Positions 58,477-64,000 of a DNA stretch of 64,000 bases are shown here, one piece after another. The notes beneath the pieces are model-generated. The model was given only the letters and a program-made list of their open reading frames with translations. It did no database searches and was not told where the DNA came from. Source of the stretch: Alphaproteobacteria bacterium (GTDB lineage Bacteria > Pseudomonadota > Alphaproteobacteria > UBA9219); assembly GCA_028683655.1 (NCBI GenBank), contig JAQUHK010000001.1, forward strand, positions 11,526 to 75,525, read 5' to 3'. The position numbers and the translations under genes are program-made. How positions within the stretch are numbered: position 1 is the first letter of the stretch; each line of letters opens with the position of its first letter.

Positions 58477-59355
58477 ATGACTGCGCAGAATCTTGTTTCC
58501 GTTATCATGGTGACGCGCCATACGGGGCCAGCCCTTGACCGCGCGATCGAGTCCGTTTTGGCTCAAAAAGGAGCGGTCGAGCTTGTCTTGGTTAATAATG
58601 GCAATCCGCCGGAGGTCGAGGCCGCCCTGACGGCGCGTTTTAAAGACGCCCCCCATGTGCGCTTGATGACGGGGCATGGCGATGTTGGTTTTGCGCGAGG
58701 CTGTAATCTCGGAGCCCGTGTGGCTTCGGGGGATCATTTGTTGTTTTTAAGCCCGTTTTGCCGCCTGCCTGACGGGATCATCGCTGCGCTGGGCGAGAAC
58801 GAAGAGGCTTTTAAAAAGCCTTTCGTCCTCGGCGTGCGTCTTGTGGATGGGCAGGGCACTGAAATCGCCTGTTCGCGTCGCCCGATCCTGACGCCAGAGG
58901 GTCTTATCGTCTCGGTCCTGCGGCTGGCCAAGCATTTCCCCAAACTGCATCTGGACCTGCACAAAAAGGCTTTGCCGTCGCACACGGTCCGAATGCCCGC
59001 AATCAGCCGCCATTTCATGGTGATGCTCAAAGCGGATTTTATCGCCATGGGCGGGTTCGATCCGGCCTATCTTTACCACAGCGAGGATGCGGACTTTCTG
59101 CTGCGCTTTAAAGAGCGGGGCGGCCATATCTATTTCAGGCCCGATCTGACGGTTCCCTGCCTGCTGGGTGGGGCGGCTTCGCTGGCCGATGATAAGCAAA
59201 AGATGAAGGATTCGATCCGCTATATCCATGACCATTACGGGGCCAGCTATTTCCATCCCTTTTTATGGCTGATTTATGCGGGCTATGGGCTGAGCTATCT
59301 GGCCAAAAGGGGGCAGGCCCGTCTGGCGACCTATCAGGCCCAAAAGAAGCGGTAA
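58477..59355 (+). CDS. family 2 glycosyltransferase
   Basis: VSVIMVTRHTGPALDRAIESVLAQ. Later acidic residues fit a DxD-type GT2 fold. Confidence 0.7.
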   Translation: MTAQNLVSVIMVTRHTGPALDRAIESVLAQKGAVELVLVNNGNPPEVEAALTARFKDAPHVRLMTGHGDVGFARGCNLGARVASGDHLLFLSPFCRLPDGIIAALGENEEAFKKPFVLGVRLVDGQGTEIACSRRPILTPEGLIVSVLRLAKHFPKLHLDLHKKALPSHTVRMPAISRHFMVMLKADFIAMGGFDPAYLYHSEDADFLLRFKERGGHIYFRPDLTVPCLLGGAASLADDKQKMKDSIRYIHDHYGASYFHPFLWLIYAGYGLSYLAKRGQARLATYQAQKKR

Positions 59356-59501
59356 TAGGATACCACAACTATTTTCTGCCGTGGACACGGGTTTCTGTTG
59401 ACTCCGTCCCGTCCTCTGCGTACAACCACCCTTCGTTATTACGGCCTCTTCGCCCAAGGTGCGGGCAAAGAACAGGGTCGTCAGATTGAAAGGGTATTCC
59501 T

Positions 59502-60002
59502 ATGGCTGGAAAGATCAAGCTGTCCAAGCGTAGCGTTCAAACGCAAAGCTATGCCGCCAAGCACGGTGAACAGGACAAGAATTGGGTTCTTTTTGACGCG
59601 GACGGCGTCATCTTGGGTCGTTTGGCGGCTGAAATCGCCATGACGTTGCGCGGCAAGAAAAAGCCGATCTTCACACCGTCTGTCGATTGTGGCGACAATG
59701 TCATCGTCATCAACGCCGACAAGGTCGCGATGACGGGCAAGAAGGCGACTGAGAAGGAGTTCTTCTGGCATACCGGTTACGCTGGCGGCATCAAGAGCCG
59801 TACACGCGCCGCGATCCTTGCGGGCAAGTATCCTGAACGCGTCATTGAAAAGGCTGTCGAGCGCATGTTGCCGCGCGGCCCGCTTGGTCGTCGCCAGATG
59901 GGCAATCTCAAGGTTTATGCGGGCGCCGAGCATCCTCATGCGGCCCAGAACCCGACGGCGATCGACTTCGCTGCCGCCAATCGCAAGAACAAAAGGAACT
60001 AA
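59502..60002 (+). CDS. rplM: 50S ribosomal protein L13
   Basis: [21 protein letters not shown]... is a full L13. Confidence 0.9.
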   Translation: MAGKIKLSKRSVQTQSYAAKHGEQDKNWVLFDADGVILGRLAAEIAMTLRGKKKPIFTPSVDCGDNVIVINADKVAMTGKKATEKEFFWHTGYAGGIKSRTRAAILAGKYPERVIEKAVERMLPRGPLGRRQMGNLKVYAGAEHPHAAQNPTAIDFAAANRKNKRN

Positions 60003-60007
60003 TCATC

Positions 60008-60538
60008 ATGGCCACGACTCGTAAATCTTCTCTTTCTGGGATCAAGGCTGCCGTGAAGGAAGCCTCCGTCGCCGCGCCTGAAGCTGCTGCACCTGTTGCT
60101 GCCGCGCCTGTCGCCGAGATTGTCGTCAAGTATGAGCGCAAGGTCGATGCCAAGGGCCGTTCCTATGCCACCGGCAAGCGTAAAGACGCTGTCGCCCGCG
60201 TGTGGATCATGCCGGGTAAGGGCAAGATCACGGTGAACGGCAAGGACATCACGACCTATTTCGCGCGTCCCGTTCTGCAAATGATTGTTAACCAGCCTTT
60301 CGCGGTTGTGGATCGCGTTGGCCAGTTCGACGTTGTCTGCACCGTCATGGGCGGCGGTCTGTCGGGACAAGCCGGTGCCGTCAAGCACGGCATTTCCAAG
60401 GCCCTGACCTATTTCGAACCCGATCTTCGCCCCGTGTTGAAGGTTGCCAAGTTCCTCACCCGCGATTCGCGCGTTGTCGAACGTAAGAAATATGGCCGCG
60501 CCAAGGCCCGTAAGCGGTTCCAGTTCTCCAAGCGTTAA
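60008..60538 (+). CDS. rpsI: 30S ribosomal protein S9
   Basis: ..[27 protein letters not shown]...[16 protein letters not shown]. Confidence 0.9.
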   Translation: MATTRKSSLSGIKAAVKEASVAAPEAAAPVAAAPVAEIVVKYERKVDAKGRSYATGKRKDAVARVWIMPGKGKITVNGKDITTYFARPVLQMIVNQPFAVVDRVGQFDVVCTVMGGGLSGQAGAVKHGISKALTYFEPDLRPVLKVAKFLTRDSRVVERKKYGRAKARKRFQFSKR

Positions 60539-60564
60539 GCTCTGGGGACTGTCTCCAAAGAAAA

Positions 60565-60590
60565 GGGAGCCGAAAGGCTCCCTTTTTTGT
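60565..60590 (+). terminator. rho-independent terminator after rpsI (GGGAGCC-GAAA-GGCTCCC + T6)
   Basis: Perfect stem followed by a T-run. Confidence 0.65.
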
Positions 60591-60608
60591 TGCGCGAAGA
60601 AAAGACCT

Positions 60609-61097
60609 TTATCCCTTTGTATAAGCCTTCGCCGCGACCGTCGCCAGTCCTGACAAATCGCCGGGACGATAGGGTGTTTCCGTTGGAACTGTCGTTGGTT
60701 CGCCGGCAGGCGTTGAAGAAAGTTTGTTGTAAAGAACATGGGGTTGTTTGATAAAAAAGGGAAGCCCTAGCCCCGAAAAGGAAAAAACTGGTAAAGGCAT
60801 GGACCAAATTGGATCTACTTTTCGTTCATGCAGTTCAATTTCATCAGAAGGACGCATCATTATCTGGGAGAAAGGAGGCTTTTCACCAGAGGTATGCTCC
60901 ATTGCTTTTCTTACTGCGTCGAAGGCTGATGTCCCTTTTACAGCCATATCGTAATGAACCGTTTTTCCATTGACCGTTGCTGTGCAGTAATCTGCGCCAA
61001 GTCTTGAGTGAGTAGGGCGATTGCTCATAAGGAGTATTGTGTAAGGTTTGCTCATCTCTTTAATATCAGATGAAGTAACAAATGTAGTTTCTTTCAT
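60609..61097 (-). CDS. hypothetical protein in low-GC insertion
   Basis: ORF in an AT-richer segment. Confidence 0.35.
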   Translation of the reverse strand: MKETTFVTSSDIKEMSKPYTILLMSNRPTHSRLGADYCTATVNGKTVHYDMAVKGTSAFDAVRKAMEHTSGEKPPFSQIMMRPSDEIELHERKVDPIWSMPLPVFSFSGLGLPFFIKQPHVLYNKLSSTPAGEPTTVPTETPYRPGDLSGLATVAAKAYTKG

Positions 61098-61196
61098 GAA
61101 AACTCTCCTTAAAATGGCAGTGTCCTAATAGCTTGCGTTCATTTTATCATAAAAAAAGCATGAAAGCATTTTTTTGCGAAAGTTAAGTTTGTGCCT

Positions 61197-61532
61197 TTAA
61201 ATTCCCAAAACGCCAAGGGTATGCCGGAAAGCGCGTGGCGGCGGGGCGTTATTAAGGGCAGGGTTAAGGCCGATGGAGTGAATGGCTTTGCTTTGTGGGA
61301 GCGAAATGACGGTAAAGCTACCTTTTACCTCGTTGATTTTCTCTAAGAGCCCCATATTTGTTTTATCCTCAATCCAGAGGTCAAAAGGAACTTCCTTGCC
61401 TTCTATGATGGCCATATGCGTCGGTAGCTCTGTAGAGTCTGCGGGGCGGTTCTTTAAAAGAAAGGCATGAAAAGGCGTGGTGATAGGGGATATCCCCAGT
61501 TCTTCAATGTAACGTGTCATCATAATCTCCAA
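61197..61532 (-). CDS. hypothetical protein in low-GC insertion
   Basis: ORF only. Confidence 0.35.
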   Translation of the reverse strand: MEIMMTRYIEELGISPITTPFHAFLLKNRPADSTELPTHMAIIEGKEVPFDLWIEDKTNMGLLEKINEVKGSFTVISLPQSKAIHSIGLNPALNNAPPPRAFRHTLGVLGI

Positions 61533-61586
61533 AATAAAAAGGCCCCTTCTTATAACACAAAAACCCTCAAAAGAGGCCTTTTGAAA

Positions 61587-61612
61587 GTAAAAAAGGGAGC
61601 CCGAAGGCTCCC
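61587..61612 (-). terminator. rho-independent terminator (GGGAGCC-TTCG-GGCTCCC + T-run on minus strand)
   Basis: Hairpin with a downstream T-run in the minus orientation. Nearly the same hairpin as the rpsI terminator. Confidence 0.5.
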
Positions 61613-61645
61613 TTTAGGGGGATTTTGAAGGTTTTACGTGGCCCC

Positions 61646-61954
61646 TTACGCTGGTCTGTAATCAGCCCGCCGGATGCAGATGACGGTGCCTTGCGTGAGC
61701 TCAGGAAAGCGTTCGGTAGGGGGGACTTGTCCCTGAAAAGCAAAAGTTCTTGTCTTTGGTGGTTTTCTGCCATTCGCCATTGTGACTGTGGCGACATAGC
61801 AAGAGGAGGGCGAAGCCCCTTCGCCGGTAATCTCTTTTTTAACGCCTTCTCCCTTGCCTGCGCGGGTTGTCATTCGTGCTGTCATTGGTCCCCTCCCTGA
61901 TGCAAAGGTGAAAAAGCGTCCTACAAGATCAAGTGTGACCGATAACGAGCCCAA
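61646..61954 (-). CDS. hypothetical protein
   Basis: ORF only. Confidence 0.3.
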   Translation of the reverse strand: MGSLSVTLDLVGRFFTFASGRGPMTARMTTRAGKGEGVKKEITGEGASPSSCYVATVTMANGRKPPKTRTFAFQGQVPPTERFPELTQGTVICIRRADYRPA

Positions 61955-62115
61955 AAAGAAGGGGTTTTAATAGTTTCATGCGTGATTTTGCTAAATTTTC
62001 CGGTTATACCTGCGAGGTTTTGCTCTTCGCTTGGGGAAAAGGGAGGGCTTGAAGCCAGCGCGTCAGGGCCCTATATATCTTCCGACCCACGTTTATGATG
62101 ATGTCAGGATAGAAA

Positions 62116-62706
62116 ATGACCAGTGAAACCGAGACCCTCGTACCCGAAACAGCTCAAGAAACCGCTCAGGCGACTGAAAACACGGCCGAAACCGAAAAAG
62201 ACGGGGCTGAAGACGCGCTAGAGCAGGCGCAAACCGAGATCGGCAAGCTGAAGGACCAGATTCTCCGCGCGATGGCTGAGACAGAAAATACCCGCCGCCG
62301 CATGAAGAAAGAAGTCGAAGACGCTCAAAAGTTCGCGCTGGGCTCTTTCGCGAAGGAGATGCTGGTCGTTGCCGACAATTTCCGCCGCGCGCTGGACGCC
62401 GTGCCCAAGGACGGCGCAGACGGCGATACGCTGAAGAACCTTGTCACCGGCGTCGAGGCGACCGAGCGCCAGCTTTTGGCCGCCTTCGAACGCTTCGGGA
62501 TCAAGAAAATAAGCCCCCTCGGCGAGGTCTTTGATCCGCATTATCATCAAGTGATGATGGAGATCGACGATCCCTCCAAACCCGCAGGTCAGATCGTTCA
62601 GGTCTTACAAGAAGGCTATATGATCCATGATCGCCTCCTGCGCGAAGCCATGGTCGCCGTCGCCAAAGGCGGTCCCACCGCCCACAAAGTCGATACGCAG
62701 GCGTAA
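62116..62706 (+). CDS. grpE: nucleotide exchange factor GrpE
   Basis: Coiled-coil N-terminus and GrpE C-terminal domain (..DPHYHQVMMEIDD..). Confidence 0.9.
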   Translation: MTSETETLVPETAQETAQATENTAETEKDGAEDALEQAQTEIGKLKDQILRAMAETENTRRRMKKEVEDAQKFALGSFAKEMLVVADNFRRALDAVPKDGADGDTLKNLVTGVEATERQLLAAFERFGIKKISPLGEVFDPHYHQVMMEIDDPSKPAGQIVQVLQEGYMIHDRLLREAMVAVAKGGPTAHKVDTQA

Positions 62707-62821
62707 AAGAGGGGGCTAAACTCGCTTCTCCACAAAAAAGTGCTTCGCTTGCGGCGAAGATGGCATTTTGCGCTTGTATTTCGCGCCGGAGTGAGTAATT
62801 TACCGCTTCACCTCGACGTGT

Positions 62822-62897
62822 GGGGCCATAGCTCAGCTGGGAGAGCGCAACAATGGCATTGTTGAGGTCAGGGGTTCGATCCCCCTTGGCTCCACCA
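62822..62897 (+). tRNA. tRNA-Ala (anticodon GGC)
   Basis: Cloverleaf folded by hand. G3:U70 Ala identity pair. Anticodon loop ATGGCAT. T-loop TTCGATC. 3' CCA encoded. Confidence 0.9.
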
Positions 62898-62913
62898 TCT
62901 ACCTTCCTAAAAT

Positions 62914-63022
62914 ATGTGGCTCTCCCCCAAAGGATGGGGCGGGGGTTGAGGTTATCATAGCGAGGCCTCCGGCAGGTGGCCACACAAAACAATGGCTCTC
63001 TCCCAAAGGATGGGGCGGGGGG
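62914..63022 (+). repeat. two direct copies of a ~30-bp G/C hairpin repeat (GGCTCTCCCCCAAAGGATGGGGCGGGGG) immediately 3' of tRNA-Ala
   Basis: Copies at about 62916..62945 and 62991..63022, separated by a ~45-bp spacer. Confidence 0.55.
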
Positions 63023-63040
63023 GAGAGACCTATAAATGAA

Positions 63041-63538
63041 TTATGTGCCAAAGCCTTTCTTCTCCAAGGAAGAATTCGATTGGGGCTGAGTTGTATTTCG
63101 GCTTGGCACCATCAGATTCAAAGTTTCTTGCGCGACTTTGTAGAGAAAAGTTTCTCGCGTGATCTCGTCTAACACGCTATCAGGAAATCTTCCGCTGCTG
63201 GGAACAAAGCCGTGCTTCTCAGTAGCCCTTAGGGTAAGCGAAGTTCTATCCCAACCAGCATATTGTTTTGCTTTTTCGACAGCGGCTTTTGCTGCCTCTG
63301 GGTCATCTTCATGCCAGCGTAAAGCAAGTTCTTTGAATGTATTGCGTAATGCTGGGGCATTTTCGCTGGAGTACAGGCGACGCGTAAGTTTATCAAACGT
63401 AGAACCTTTGTTGTTTTCAAACTCTTCGCGGAGATCGTTACAGAATGCAACTTGCTCTTGATCAATGAACAGCTTTGTCGGTTGGGCTTTATTCCGCCGA
63501 AATATATTTGGCAACCACATAATCAAACACTCCTTCAT
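63041..63538 (-). CDS. hypothetical protein (low-GC region downstream of tRNA-Ala)
   Basis: ORF of moderate quality in an AT-richer segment. Confidence 0.35.
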   Translation of the reverse strand: MKECLIMWLPNIFRRNKAQPTKLFIDQEQVAFCNDLREEFENNKGSTFDKLTRRLYSSENAPALRNTFKELALRWHEDDPEAAKAAVEKAKQYAGWDRTSLTLRATEKHGFVPSSGRFPDSVLDEITRETFLYKVAQETLNLMVPSRNTTQPQSNSSLEKKGFGT

Positions 63539-63788
63539 GCAACGAGTTATTTTCGGAGAAGGTTACCACAATTTTGAGTAACCTAATTACTTTCTCAAAC
63601 AGCCAATCGTTAAAATTTGTCGTTTGGCCCTCAATTTGGGGATCGAGTAGTACTTTGTCGTCGAGGCCAAAATAGCTTGAAAAGCTTCTGATTTCTTCAA
63701 TAATCGCACCCCATTTTATGAGTTTGATAAAGACATTGGGGGGCAATCTTTTTCCCCTTACGTCCACCATCACCCTTTCCAAAGACAT
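63489..63788 (-). CDS. hypothetical protein
   Basis: ORF only. Confidence 0.25.
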   Translation of the reverse strand: MSLERVMVDVRGKRLPPNVFIKLIKWGAIIEEIRSFSSYFGLDDKVLLDPQIEGQTTNFNDWLFEKVIRLLKIVVTFSENNSLHEGVFDYVVAKYISAE

Positions 63789-64000
63789 CCATTAACATCC
63801 AAAAGCGTTGGTTTGACGACGACATACTGACACCCAGGTCCATTACTGCCCATGAAAATCCATTGACGGCCACAGGTTCTTGGGGGGCGTGGGATACACT
63901 GACGACAGTGAAGTGGAGGTTGATGCAGCCATAGAGCTGGCCTGCTATCTGAAAACGAAAGAGCCACGATAGTCGAACACGGCTCTGTAGCTTCTAAGGA

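Noticed and set aside
62914-63022. Possible CRISPR array next to tRNA-Ala
   Set aside because: Only two repeat copies. The repeats are G/C homopolymer hairpins rather than CRISPR-like. No cas genes.

Overview
The sequence looks like alphaproteobacterial chromosomal DNA of about 55-60% GC, read from sequence only. The first ~15 kb appears to be horizontally acquired. It carries a complete diversity-generating retroelement (DGR). The target gene encodes an inverse-autotransporter (intimin/invasin-family) adhesin whose C-terminal DUF1566 domain holds the variable repeat. It is followed by avd, a 116-bp template repeat and a DGR-type reverse transcriptase. Next to it is a mobilization/anti-restriction module (MobP-like relaxase, MobC, ArdC, two XRE regulators, an oriT-like inverted repeat). 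Core genes follow: nrdAB, a Spy/CpxP-like periplasmic protein, 5-formyltetrahydrofolate cyclo-ligase, a LMW-PTP/ArsC-like protein with both catalytic Cys replaced by Ser, and a full Tad/Flp pilus operon (cpaABCDEF-tadBC) with no adjacent flp pilin gene. Then motAB, fabI, flaF-flbT, a 585-aa flagellin with a sigma54-like promoter, aroK-aroB, a run of secreted hypothetical proteins, xerD, an LPS/O-antigen gene set (NeuD/PglD-like acetyltransferase, WbpM/PglF-like dehydratase, WecA/WbpL-like GT4, RmlD-like reductase, GT2), secA, a 701-aa unknown protein, a nucleoside deaminase, rplM-rpsI, grpE and tRNA-Ala(GGC). Other notable points: a palindromic repeat array at 54.08-54.25 kb, low-GC insertions between rpsI and grpE and downstream of the tRNA, and a long Pro/Ala/Lys-rich C-terminal tail on the CpaC secretin. 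The principal candidate for a new system is the DGR that diversifies a surface-anchored inverse autotransporter on a mobilizable element.
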